From Candidatus Parcubacteria bacterium (GTDB lineage Bacteria > Patescibacteriota > Patescibacteriia > Patescibacteriales > UBA12075), in the NCBI GenBank assembly GCA_002869165.1, contig PKTK01000009.1:1-59043 (forward strand): a stretch of 59,043 nt of DNA. Direction: 5' to 3'. Both the position numbers and the translations under genes were made by a program. The notes under the pieces were generated by a model. That model worked only from the letters and a program-made list of their open reading frames with translations, made no database searches and was not told the DNA's origin. Below, one piece after another: positions 21,861 to 32,016 of the stretch (positions within the stretch are counted from its first letter, which is position 1; each line of letters starts with the position of its first letter).

Positions 21861-23807
21861 GTGATGAAATTATTTTCCAAAATATTACTAGTTGTATTTA
21901 TATTTAGTCCTTATTTTGTGCAGGCGGCTATGGTGAGTGATTCTTATGTTATTTATGAGAATGTTCATCATTATTTTGACGGACCAGTTATTAGTGGTGA
22001 AAGTGCAAGTTCTAATGCTAATACAGTTACTGTTACCTGGACAACGGATGTGGCAAGTGATAGCTTTGTTGTTTATGATACTGATCCATCAGTTCCCGAA
22101 TCAACTAGTCATGAACAGGGTAAGTCACCCAAGACAGAGACTTCTCATTCAGTTATGTTGACTGGATTAGCATATTCTACGACCTATTATTATAAAGTTA
22201 AGTCAACAAGAGTAAATGGTGGCACATCTGAGAGTTCAAGTATTTTAAGTTTTTCTACTGGAGCTAATCCAGACGCTTCAACTGAACAAGAATCTTCAGG
22301 TGGAGGAGGTGGAATGCTTATAATAGATAAAACAGACAAGGAAGCCCCAGAAATAAGTAATGTAGTAATAACAGCTATTGATTCAAGTAGCGCAAGAATT
22401 ACCTGGGAGACAAATGAAGAGGCTACGAGTTTTGTGGAATATGGTTTTTCAATTAATTATGGCAATGTATATGGGGAATGGGGAACGACCACTGAGCATG
22501 AGGTAGTACTTGATAATTTAGAGAGTGATGTTATTTATCATTACCGTGCTCTTAGTTCTGATTCCTGGGGAAATTTAGGTAAATCAGCTGATGCTACATT
22601 TGCTTTGATTCCTGGAGAAGACGATGAAGTAGAGATTGTCGAAGAACCTGAAGATGTAGAGGAAGTGGTGGAAGAAGACGAAGAGGAAGAGGAGCCAGTT
22701 TTGGAGAGAGTTACAGATACTGCTCTGGAGTTACTAAGAAGAATTTTTCCAAATATTAACTTAAATGAGTTAACTGATGAACAGTTGCAGTCAGTAGATT
22801 CTGTTGAAGATTTGTCTGATTTTGCACCAGTTCCTATTATGTCTGGCCAGCCGAGAATTGATGTGGGGGCTGATCAGGCAACTGTATATTGGACAACAGA
22901 CTTAGAATCAAATTCTCAAGTTGCTATTTCACCTGAAGATAGATACAGACCAGAAAGCGACGAACCTTATTATCAAATAATTGGTAACACCCAAGACTTT
23001 AGTACCGAACACGAAGTTACTATATATAGCTTACAACCCGATACCACATATCATTTTCAACTTAGAAGTAAACCGGAACTTGGGCCAACAGCAGTTTCAA
23101 ATGATTATACTTTTACAACTAATTTAGAGGGCTTGAGTATTGAAAGTTTTTTTACCCAGGTTATTTCCAATGAAGAAGCAGCAGTTAAATGGGTAACTAA
23201 CAAAGAAGCTAATTCAGAGATTAGATATGCTCCATATCAAAACGGTCAGGTAAATTATGATGAAAAGAAAGTTCTTATAGATAATAATTCTACCGTAATT
23301 CATGAGATGACTATGAATGATTTACAAGAAGGGGTATATTATATAATAGAAATCTATTCTACAGACGATTCTGCTAATGTAACCACTGAGACGATCAACA
23401 GGTTTTCAACTGCTGATACAGATGAAGCTCCAGAAATAAGTCATGTAAAGGCAGATTCAACAGTTTTTTTGGACAAAAGTAATAAAACTCAAACAATTAT
23501 ATCTTGGTTAACCAATGAGCCAGCTACATCAAAAGTGTATTACCAAGAAGGAGTGCATGGTTCTGAAATGGAATTTGCTGAAAGTACTGATTTGAAGGAC
23601 AGTTATACCAAGGAACATGTGATGGTTATTACTAAGTTTAAACCCGGCGTAGTGTATAGCTTTCGGGTTGAAAGTGTAGATTCTGGAGGGAATACAAGTA
23701 TTTCTAAAGTTCATACTTTTATGACTGCTAAACAACGAGAATCAATTATTCAAATAATAATCGGAATTTTTGAAGACACCTTTGGATGGGTTAAAAAATT
23801 GATGTAA
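21861..23807 (+). CDS. Secreted protein with multiple fibronectin type III-like repeats
   Basis: Signal peptide; repeated W.T...S.V.Y..H.V.L..L...T.Y.Y pattern (about 5 copies); acidic linker. Confidence 0.8.
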   Translation: MMKLFSKILLVVFIFSPYFVQAAMVSDSYVIYENVHHYFDGPVISGESASSNANTVTVTWTTDVASDSFVVYDTDPSVPESTSHEQGKSPKTETSHSVMLTGLAYSTTYYYKVKSTRVNGGTSESSSILSFSTGANPDASTEQESSGGGGGMLIIDKTDKEAPEISNVVITAIDSSSARITWETNEEATSFVEYGFSINYGNVYGEWGTTTEHEVVLDNLESDVIYHYRALSSDSWGNLGKSADATFALIPGEDDEVEIVEEPEDVEEVVEEDEEEEEPVLERVTDTALELLRRIFPNINLNELTDEQLQSVDSVEDLSDFAPVPIMSGQPRIDVGADQATVYWTTDLESNSQVAISPEDRYRPESDEPYYQIIGNTQDFSTEHEVTIYSLQPDTTYHFQLRSKPELGPTAVSNDYTFTTNLEGLSIESFFTQVISNEEAAVKWVTNKEANSEIRYAPYQNGQVNYDEKKVLIDNNSTVIHEMTMNDLQEGVYYIIEIYSTDDSANVTTETINRFSTADTDEAPEISHVKADSTVFLDKSNKTQTIISWLTNEPATSKVYYQEGVHGSEMEFAESTDLKDSYTKEHVMVITKFKPGVVYSFRVESVDSGGNTSISKVHTFMTAKQRESIIQIIIGIFEDTFGWVKKLM

Positions 23808-23811
23808 AAAT

Positions 23812-24852
23812 ATGTTTAAAAAATTAATACATTTTATTCAATATAATAATATTACAGTTTTAATAATTGTAGTGATATTTTTAGTAAGTACAGGAGTATT
23901 TGCACAAACCGAAACTGGCCAAGAGATTATTGGAGAAAAGGAAACCAGAGTAGAAGGGATTGATAATACACTTCTTTTGGAGGCAGATTTAGAAAATTTT
24001 GATATGGAATTTAAAATCGAGAATATTTCAGAAGACAAAACTCATTTTCATGTAACTTATACATATTTGGATTTACTTAGGAAAGATGATGTTTGGCAGT
24101 ATGAATTACAAGAAAAAGTAAGAAAAGTACCAAATATTCTTCCTATGGATTTGGGTGATTTTTTGATCGAAGAGTTTACTGAACAATTTGAACAAAGAAT
24201 CAAGGAATTGAAATTTGCTCAGCAAGAAGCAAATGGTGAGGGCGAACAACAAAGAGTTGAAATAACCGAGTATGACGGCTTGATTGGGCAGACTCTTTCT
24301 ATGGCGGAAAAAGTTTTTCCAGGCTACAAACCTGTAAAAACAGTTTCTATTCCTTCTCCTAGTGCACCTGACCTTTTGTCATTAAGTCGTGAAGAGCAAA
24401 TTGAAACTCAATCAATTGAAGATAGTTTAACAGATATATATAATGATTATGTATCTTTAAATGATCCAGATTATGACGATGTTTTTGGTGATATGGATAA
24501 TTGTCCAGATGATTATAATCCTCTTCAAGCTGACTATGACGGTGATGGCTTAGGGGATATTTGTGATCCTAGTAGTGGTCTACCAGAGGAAGTGGCCACT
24601 AGTTCAGATGAAGTTGCTAGTTCAAGTGATGAAGTAATTGAAGCTGATGATGAGGAAGCAAGCTCTAGTCCTGAATTTATAGAAGGCACCAAAGAATCTT
24701 CCCCAGAAGACAAAGAAATAAAAGAAGAGTCTACTGAAAATAGTGAAGAAATTACTCAAGACAATTCCAGTACTGAAGACGAGCCATCTGCAGGTGACTC
24801 AGAGGAGGCATCGGTCGAAGAAGAGACAGTTGAAATAATTGAAATAAATTAA
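23812..24852 (+). CDS. Membrane-anchored protein with thrombospondin type 3-like Ca-binding repeat and acidic tail
   Basis: DNCPDDYNPLQADYDGDGLGDICD motif. Confidence 0.75.
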   Translation: MFKKLIHFIQYNNITVLIIVVIFLVSTGVFAQTETGQEIIGEKETRVEGIDNTLLLEADLENFDMEFKIENISEDKTHFHVTYTYLDLLRKDDVWQYELQEKVRKVPNILPMDLGDFLIEEFTEQFEQRIKELKFAQQEANGEGEQQRVEITEYDGLIGQTLSMAEKVFPGYKPVKTVSIPSPSAPDLLSLSREEQIETQSIEDSLTDIYNDYVSLNDPDYDDVFGDMDNCPDDYNPLQADYDGDGLGDICDPSSGLPEEVATSSDEVASSSDEVIEADDEEASSSPEFIEGTKESSPEDKEIKEESTENSEEITQDNSSTEDEPSAGDSEEASVEEETVEIIEIN

Positions 24853-24856
24853 AAAA

Positions 24857-25459
24857 ATGCCAGATAATTATAAAAAAGTTGTAAATCTACAAGAACAAGA
24901 AGAGCCAAAACCAACAAGAAGACCAGCTGGTGCTAAGCGTGTCAAAAAAAGCAAAGTTGAGGAGATAGACCAAGTATACGCCAATGAAGATGATATAGAG
25001 AAAAATGAAATGAGTCGCATAGAAAGACCTAAAGTCAGAGAGGATAATGGTATTATTTATAAACAGCTTGTGTTTGTGTTGCTTGCTATTATTGCTTTGA
25101 TGTTTTTTTGGTTTTTATTTATACGAAATGATGGACAAAATCTAAATCAAGAAACAAGCGGAGAAAAACAGGGTGACTGGTATTCAGTAAAGTTAGTTAG
25201 TGATGAGACTTATTACGGATATATTGAAGACACTAGCGCTGATCCAATAATTCTTAGTAATGTTTACTATAATTATAATCAGTTGAACAAGGAAAATACC
25301 GAAGAGGATAATTCATCTAGTATCAAGTTAGTCAAAAGAGGCAAAGAAAGCCATGGGCCAAATGGTACTATGGAGTTAGTTCGTTCGCAAGTGTTGTTTA
25401 TGGAGAAATTAGGAGATGAATCTAAAATAAAACAAGCTATATTGGATTACGAGCAGTAA
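24857..25459 (+). CDS. Hypothetical single-TM protein
   Basis: Central TM; C-terminal WYSVKL..YYG..YY..LVKRG.E.HGP..Q.LF.E.L..S domain. Confidence 0.7.
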   Translation: MPDNYKKVVNLQEQEEPKPTRRPAGAKRVKKSKVEEIDQVYANEDDIEKNEMSRIERPKVREDNGIIYKQLVFVLLAIIALMFFWFLFIRNDGQNLNQETSGEKQGDWYSVKLVSDETYYGYIEDTSADPIILSNVYYNYNQLNKENTEEDNSSSIKLVKRGKESHGPNGTMELVRSQVLFMEKLGDESKIKQAILDYEQ

Positions 25460-25567
25460 TGTTATATTTACATTTTAGCCTTTGCCTGAGCTAACAAGGA
25501 CGGGCTAAGGCTTTTTTATTGAAAATAAAAAAAAGGTATCATAAAGTGGCCTTTGAAGATAATCAAA

Positions 25568-28501
25568 ATGTCAGAAAAAAAATTAAATCAAGAACAAAAA
25601 AAAGCAGTTGAACATTTGGCTGGACCAATGTTGGTTGTTGCTGGTGCAGGTACTGGTAAAACCACTGTTTTGATAGAGAGATTGAAGTTTTTGATTAAGA
25701 ATAGAAAGGCTGAAGGAGACGAGGTTCTACTTTTGACTTTTACTGAAAAGGGAGCAGGAGAAATGGAGGAACGCGCTTTGGAGATATTGCCTTATGGTTT
25801 TTTTGATTTATGGATCTCAACTTTTCACAGTTTTTGTGAACGGATATTACGGGAACACGCACTTGATATTGGTTTGAGCTCTGATTTTCGCATCGTTTCC
25901 ACAACAGAGCAATGGATTCTTGTCAAAAAAAATCTTGATTTGTTTGACCTTGATTATTATCAACCTCTTGGTAATCCAAATAAATTTATTTTTGAATTGG
26001 TAAAACATTTTTCCAGACTCAAAGATGAATATATCTCCACCAGGGAGTATTTAGACTTTGTAGATAATAAAATAGAAGACAAAGATATAAGTTTAGGGGG
26101 GATTGATTCCAAGCAGATTAAGAATGATGATGAAAAGGGTGAGATTTTGCGTTACCGAGAATTGGCCAATGCTTATAATACTTACAACAAAATACTTCTC
26201 GATAATGGTTTGCTTGATTTTGGGGACTTGGTCAATTATTGTCTTAAACTTTTTGAAACCAGGCCAGTTATACTGGAAAAATATCGAGAACAATTTAAAT
26301 ATATAATGATCGATGAGTTTCAAGATACGAACCTTTCGCAGTATATGCTCATTAAATTATTGGCTAGTCCCAAAAATAATCTTTTGGTGGTCGGGGATGA
26401 TGATCAGAGTATTTATAAATTTCGTGGTGCATCACTTTCAAATATCATGGAGTTTAAAGATGATTTTCCCAAGGCAAGAGAAGTGGTTCTGAATAATAAT
26501 TATCGTTCTGGACAGAATATTTTAGATTTAGCTTATAAATTTATTCAACACAATAACCCTAATAGATTAGAAGAGAGGATCAAGATTGATAAGAAACTAA
26601 ATTCTCCTCTTTCTATTAGTGATGAGATTAGGCATTATCAATTTGATAGTATATTTAATGAGCAGTCCTGGGTAGCTGAGAAAATATCAGCTTTAAAAAA
26701 GAATGATCCAGGATTAAAATGGTCAGATTTTGCGATTCTGGTTAGAAGTAATGCTATTGCCCAGGAATATTTAGAAGAATTAAAGAGAAAAAATATTCCT
26801 GCTACTTTTGTTTCTTTAAGAGGGCTTTATTATAAGCCGATTATTCTTGATTCAATTGCTTACCTGAAGCTACTTGATGATTATCATGAGTCATCTTCTT
26901 TGTTTCGTGTTTTAAATATTGATGTTTTTCGAATAGACCATAAGGACCTTATAGAGATTAGTAGATTTTCTAGACGAAAGAATTGGTCTATGTATGAAAC
27001 ACTCAAAAATATTGAAGTAGTTACCAAAATTGATTCTAGCACTCAGGAGAAAATAAAGTTTTTAATGACTTTAATAGAAAAACATTCTCAATTAGTAAAA
27101 GAAGAAAGTCCAAGTAAGGTTTTTTATTCATTTGTGCATGATGCAGGTTTGGACAAGAAGGATTATGATGAGTTTTTGGAGTATTATTCATACTTGAATC
27201 AGTTTTATGAAAAGATAAAGAAGTTTGAAGCACAGGTTCCGGGAGCAAGGCTCAAGGATTTTATGGAGCTGCTTGATATGGAGCTTGATTCAGGTGAGAC
27301 TGGATCTTTGCGACTTGATTTTGGGGATTCAGAAACTGTAAACATTATGACAGTTCATGCTTCCAAGGGGCTTGAGTTCAAAAATGTATTTTTAGTTAAT
27401 CTAGTTGATAAAAAATTTCCTACTATAAACAGGCAGGACAAAATTCAAATTCCTCTTGAATTACTAAAAGAAGAAGTACCTGACTCTAAAAATGCTCATA
27501 TTGAAGAAGAAAGAAGACTTTTTTATGTTGCTTTGACAAGAGCCAAGGAAAAATTATTCTTATGTTCAGCAAAAGATTGTGGTGGAGTTAGGGAAAAGCG
27601 AGTGTCTGTTTTTGTTGAAGAGTCAGATATTGTTTCTGAGTCTTTGGAGAGCGCTAGTCAAGACAAAAATATGTTACTTCGTGATATTGAGAGAAGCTCA
27701 AGTGTAGTGCCAACTAAGAAAATAGAATATAGCTTGCCGACAAAGTTTTCTTTTTCGCAGATTGAAGCTTATAGTAACTGTCCTTTGCAGTATAAATTTA
27801 ATTTTCTGATAAAGATACCAGTTCCATCCAAATCAGTCTTTGTTTTTGGTAGACTCATGCACAATGTACTTAGGGAAATGATGTCCATGCTTATTAGCAC
27901 GGGGCAGATGGGTATGTTTGGTGACAAAAGAACAAGTAAAGTAGTACCGAGTCTTAAAGATTTTCAAACTTCTTTTAAAAAATACTGGATGGATGAGGGT
28001 TATGCTTCTAAGGAAGAAGCTGGTAAATACAAAAAACAAGGACAAGACATGATTCGATCTTTGCATGCTTATTATGAATCAGCTAAATGGCCAGATGTTT
28101 TGTTTTGTGAAAAGTCTTTTACTTGCAAGATTAGTAACTATTTTTTTAAAGGAAGTATTGATAGAGTTGATAGATTGGAAGACGGTACATTAGAGATTGT
28201 TGATTATAAAACAGGCACAGCCAAGAAATCATTATCTTATAAGGAAAAAAGACAATTAATATTATATAAGATAGCTCTAGAAGAAGGATTAGGGGAGAGA
28301 GTTAGTAAGCAATCATTTATTTATTTAGAAAATACTAGTATTCAGTCTTTTGTATCAACGGAAAAAGAAGAAGAAAAATTAAAGCAGGAAATAATTGCGA
28401 CTATTGAAGAAATGAAAAAAGGAGATTTTTCAGCTAAGCCAGGATTTTTGTGTGATTATTGTGATTTTAATAATATTTGTGAATTTAGGAAGAAAAATTA
28501 G
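25568..28501 (+). CDS. UvrD/PcrA-type SF1 helicase fused to a C-terminal PD-(D/E)XK nuclease (AddA/AdnA-like)
   Basis: AGAGTGKT, DEFQD, GDDDQSIYKFRG, MTVHASKGLEF and EERRLFYVALTRA; nuclease GSIDRVD..IVDYK; Fe-S-type Cys (NCP..CDYCDFNNIC). Confidence 0.9.
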   Translation: MSEKKLNQEQKKAVEHLAGPMLVVAGAGTGKTTVLIERLKFLIKNRKAEGDEVLLLTFTEKGAGEMEERALEILPYGFFDLWISTFHSFCERILREHALDIGLSSDFRIVSTTEQWILVKKNLDLFDLDYYQPLGNPNKFIFELVKHFSRLKDEYISTREYLDFVDNKIEDKDISLGGIDSKQIKNDDEKGEILRYRELANAYNTYNKILLDNGLLDFGDLVNYCLKLFETRPVILEKYREQFKYIMIDEFQDTNLSQYMLIKLLASPKNNLLVVGDDDQSIYKFRGASLSNIMEFKDDFPKAREVVLNNNYRSGQNILDLAYKFIQHNNPNRLEERIKIDKKLNSPLSISDEIRHYQFDSIFNEQSWVAEKISALKKNDPGLKWSDFAILVRSNAIAQEYLEELKRKNIPATFVSLRGLYYKPIILDSIAYLKLLDDYHESSSLFRVLNIDVFRIDHKDLIEISRFSRRKNWSMYETLKNIEVVTKIDSSTQEKIKFLMTLIEKHSQLVKEESPSKVFYSFVHDAGLDKKDYDEFLEYYSYLNQFYEKIKKFEAQVPGARLKDFMELLDMELDSGETGSLRLDFGDSETVNIMTVHASKGLEFKNVFLVNLVDKKFPTINRQDKIQIPLELLKEEVPDSKNAHIEEERRLFYVALTRAKEKLFLCSAKDCGGVREKRVSVFVEESDIVSESLESASQDKNMLLRDIERSSSVVPTKKIEYSLPTKFSFSQIEAYSNCPLQYKFNFLIKIPVPSKSVFVFGRLMHNVLREMMSMLISTGQMGMFGDKRTSKVVPSLKDFQTSFKKYWMDEGYASKEEAGKYKKQGQDMIRSLHAYYESAKWPDVLFCEKSFTCKISNYFFKGSIDRVDRLEDGTLEIVDYKTGTAKKSLSYKEKRQLILYKIALEEGLGERVSKQSFIYLENTSIQSFVSTEKEEEKLKQEIIATIEEMKKGDFSAKPGFLCDYCDFNNICEFRKKN

Positions 28502-28608
28502 AGAAAAAGCTAAGATTGTGGTATAATAAAATATAAGTTAATAATCATTTTCAAAACAAAATCAGCTTAATTGTAAATATTTTAGCTAATTTTGTCTTTT
28601 TTGTATTT

Positions 28609-29595
28609 ATGTTATTAAAATCCGTTCACAATTTAAAGTTTAATTTATTTATTTTACTAGCTTTGTTCTTGTTTTCGGTATTTTTTTGGTTGACCTTTCC
28701 GGTTAGAGCTCAAGAATCAGATGCTATTAGCATCAGGGTGCATGCAAACAGAGAGCACAAGAGTGCTTTGATATGGTATCAAGAGGAATTTGCTGATAGA
28801 GAGGAGCAGGGCGCACCTCAGTCACTTCGGGTTGATGGTTATAATGCTGTTAGGGATGGCAGGACGGTGTATGTTCATGCAAGCAATATTGTTGACGGAG
28901 TATATGGATCGTATATTTATTTGATCTCATATTCGCAAGAAGCTGATCCGGGAACAATTGATGTTTTTTCTCGGATGTTGAAAACTTGGACCTTTAACAC
29001 TAACTTAATTGAGGATAGTACTGATTTTGGTTATTGTAATATTACAGACTTATCATGCAATATAGATGCAGACTGTGGTGATGGGTATGTTTGCAACCTA
29101 AGTAGATGTGCACCGAAGGATAGTAATTTTTCAGCTTGTTGGCGTGATCATGATTGTGATGATCATTGGTATTGTAGCAGTGAAAAGGCTCAAGTAACTA
29201 GAAGAACAATTAGGTATGAAAATTTAACCAAGATCATGTCTATGATTGAAGAGCATTATGAGACTGTAGAGTCTTACCCTGAATTAAAAGCTGGTACATA
29301 TGTTTCTGGTAAGTCATTGTCAGTTTGGCCTAGTTGGAATGATAATTTATCGCAAGAAATTGGTGGAGGAGAATTTCCTCTAGATCCAATTAACACCTTG
29401 GGGTCTTGTCCGAATTTTGATCCGGTTACTTGTTGGAATGAGCAAACCAAGGATTTTGCAGGCTCTTTTAATTCACAAGGTATTTTGAGTTCACCAGGAA
29501 GTTCTTTTGTTTATGGCTATACGCCGGAGCGAGTTTATTCGGTTTCACTTGAAGGTACCATGGTTTGTGAATTTTCTACTGGTATTTGCAATTAG
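28609..29595 (+). CDS. Secreted protein with Cys-rich repeats and a pseudopilin-like C-terminal region
   Basis: Signal peptide; C..DADC..GYVC..C and C..DHDC..C repeats; R..R..L..I...Y....YP..P.DP pattern. Confidence 0.6.
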   Translation: MLLKSVHNLKFNLFILLALFLFSVFFWLTFPVRAQESDAISIRVHANREHKSALIWYQEEFADREEQGAPQSLRVDGYNAVRDGRTVYVHASNIVDGVYGSYIYLISYSQEADPGTIDVFSRMLKTWTFNTNLIEDSTDFGYCNITDLSCNIDADCGDGYVCNLSRCAPKDSNFSACWRDHDCDDHWYCSSEKAQVTRRTIRYENLTKIMSMIEEHYETVESYPELKAGTYVSGKSLSVWPSWNDNLSQEIGGGEFPLDPINTLGSCPNFDPVTCWNEQTKDFAGSFNSQGILSSPGSSFVYGYTPERVYSVSLEGTMVCEFSTGICN

Positions 29596-29674
29596 CACTT
29601 GCAAAAATAAAGGGAAAATGATAAGATTTTCAGGTGCTAATTATTAATATTTTTTGTTTAATTTTAGCCTTTTT

Positions 29675-30052
29675 ATGACCTTAAGATCATATTTGATATT
29701 GATGATTAGTCTAACAAGTGTTTGTTGGCTTTTGTGGTTGCTTATTTTAAACATTATTGACCCAGAAGTTACTAATTGGATTGGCTTTTCATTATTTTAT
29801 TCTTCACTTTTTTTGTCCATTTTGGGAGCTGCTTCAATCTTTGGCTTTGTGATTAGATTTATTGCTATGAAGCAGTAACTTGTTTTTCGTTTAGTTAAAG
29901 ACGCTTTTAGACAGGCTTTTTTGTTTTCTTTTTTGGTAGTTGCCTGTTTATTACTTATGTCTCGTGATTTGTTTTCATGGCTTAATATGATTTTATTGGT
30001 ATTCGCAATATCAGTATTTGAATTTTTTTTATTAAGCTACGAAAAGAAATAA
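29675..30052 (+). pseudogene. Small 4-TM membrane protein with an in-frame TAA at 29876-29878
   Basis: Reading through KQ*LVFRLVKDAFRQAFLFS extends the hydrophobic ORF to TAA at 30050-30052. Confidence 0.65.
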
Positions 30053-30062
30053 ATAATTTTAT

Positions 30063-31091
30063 ATGCAAGACAAACTAGAAAAAATAAAAAAGGAAGCTCT
30101 GGATAAATTAGCTGATATTAAGAAGCTTAATTTACTTGAAGCCCTAGAAAAAGAGTACCTAGGTCGTAAGGGACAGCTTACAGCTATTTTAAGAAACCTA
30201 AGCTCTATGAGTGATGAGGACAAGAAAAAAATTGGTAAACTAAGTAACGAGATCAAAGTAGAGCTATCTGAAAAGTTCAAAGAAGCCAAGGATATTATTA
30301 TTGGCAGTGCTCGAGGGGGAAATTATGTAGATGTTAGTATACCAGGACAGAAAATCAAACAAGGACATATTCATCCTATAACTCAAGTAATGGGAGATTT
30401 AGAAAAGCTTTTTTCTTCGATGGGCTTTATGGTGTTAGATGGACCAGAACTTGAATCAGATCATTATAATTTTACAGCTCTAAATATTCCAGCTGATCAT
30501 CCTGCTCGTGACATGCAAGACACTTTTTACATTGATACCAAGAACAAAAACAATGAGCACGATATGGTGATGAGAACTCACACTTCACCAGTACAGGTAA
30601 GAGCAATGCAGAAATACGGTGCGCCTATCAAATGTGTGGTACCAGGTAGAGTTTTTAGAAATGAAGCAACTGATGCTACTCATGACACAACCTTTTATCA
30701 GATTGAAGGCTTGATGGTGGGAGAGGGGATTTCTTTGGCCAATCTAAAAGCAGTTTTGCAGGATGTTTTGAATGGAATTTTTCAGGAAGAAGTAGGTATG
30801 CGTATTAGACCAGGCTATTTTCCATTTGTGGAACCAGGTTTAGAAATCGATATCGCTTGCACCATTTGCAAAGGTGCTAAATGCCCAGCTTGTAAACATA
30901 CTGGTTGGTTAGAAATGCTTGGTTCGGGCATGATCCATCCAGAAGTTTTGAAGTATGGAGGAGTTGATCCAGAAAAGTATTCTGGTTTTGCCTTTGGTAT
31001 TGGAGTAACTAGACTCGCTATGATGAAATACAAAATTGATGATATTCGATTGTTTAATTCAGGGGACTTGCGGTTCATGGAACAATTTTAG
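30063..31091 (+). CDS. pheS: Phenylalanine-tRNA ligase alpha subunit
   Basis: HPARDMQDTF, MRTHTSPVQ, YFPFVEP and GFAFGIG motifs. Confidence 0.97.
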   Translation: MQDKLEKIKKEALDKLADIKKLNLLEALEKEYLGRKGQLTAILRNLSSMSDEDKKKIGKLSNEIKVELSEKFKEAKDIIIGSARGGNYVDVSIPGQKIKQGHIHPITQVMGDLEKLFSSMGFMVLDGPELESDHYNFTALNIPADHPARDMQDTFYIDTKNKNNEHDMVMRTHTSPVQVRAMQKYGAPIKCVVPGRVFRNEATDATHDTTFYQIEGLMVGEGISLANLKAVLQDVLNGIFQEEVGMRIRPGYFPFVEPGLEIDIACTICKGAKCPACKHTGWLEMLGSGMIHPEVLKYGGVDPEKYSGFAFGIGVTRLAMMKYKIDDIRLFNSGDLRFMEQF

Positions 31092-31112
31092 TTGGTTTAG
31101 AAAAACATATTG

Positions 31113-31207
31113 TCTACGAAAATACGAATCAGTACAAATTTACAAATAATTTTGTATTATTCATGTAGACTCGATTCGTAAATTCGTACAGATTTGTATT
31201 TTCGTAG
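31113..31207. repeat. Long imperfect inverted repeat of TACGAA-type heptads between pheS and nif3
   Basis: ctacgaaaatacgaatcagtacaaatttacaaa versus ttcgtaaattcgtacagatttgtattttcgtag. Confidence 0.75.
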
Positions 31208-31218
31208 CCTTTAATTAT

Positions 31219-31977
31219 ATGGTAAAAGCACAGGAAATAACAAAATATTGTCAGGAATTATTGAAGACGGAAAATTTCAAGGATTATTGTCATAATGGAA
31301 TGCAAGTTGAGGGAAAAGAGAATGTGGAGAAAATAGTTACGGGCGTAAGCTTATCAGAAAAGCTGATAAAAAAAGCTATAGAAAAAAAAGCTGATATGAT
31401 AATGGTGCATCATGGATTTTTTGGTATGTCTTTTGGTGAGAATCCAGTTATTAAATACGCTTCAAAGAAAAGACTTAAACTAATTTTAGAAAATGATTTA
31501 AATGTTTTAGGTTTTCATTTGCCACTTGATGCTCATATAGAAATAGGCAACAATGTATCTTTAGCTAAGTTGTTTGCTTTGAAAAATATCAAACCTATGA
31601 CCGAAGCCAAAGATAATTACGGTTTTATAGGAGAGAGTGATGACACTAGTTTGGCGGATTTTGTAAAATTAATAGATGAAAAACTAGAAACAAGATCAAC
31701 GATAATAGACGGAGGAAATAAGCAAGTAAAGAAAGTGGTCATAGTTTCTGGTGGTTCAGCTGATTATTTTATGGAGGCAAAGAATTTGGGGGCAGATACT
31801 TTTATTTGTGGTGAACTCAAAGAGCACGTTGTCAGGGAAGCTGAAGAAGCAGAAATAAATGTGATTGCTCCAGGCCACTACAATACTGAAAAGACCGGTA
31901 TACAGAATTTAGGAGAAAAAGTAGCCAAGGAGTTTGGCGTAGAAGTTGAGTTTGTATATATTCCCAATTCAATTTAA
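31219..31977 (+). CDS. Nif3-like dinuclear metal centre protein (YbgI / GTP cyclohydrolase I type 2 family)
   Basis: NGMQVEG, VHHG, HLPLDAH and GHYNTE motifs. Confidence 0.92.
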   Translation: MVKAQEITKYCQELLKTENFKDYCHNGMQVEGKENVEKIVTGVSLSEKLIKKAIEKKADMIMVHHGFFGMSFGENPVIKYASKKRLKLILENDLNVLGFHLPLDAHIEIGNNVSLAKLFALKNIKPMTEAKDNYGFIGESDDTSLADFVKLIDEKLETRSTIIDGGNKQVKKVVIVSGGSADYFMEAKNLGADTFICGELKEHVVREAEEAEINVIAPGHYNTEKTGIQNLGEKVAKEFGVEVEFVYIPNSI

Positions 31978-32016
31978 TTAAAAATTAAAAATTACAAATT
32001 AAAAATTATATAAAGT

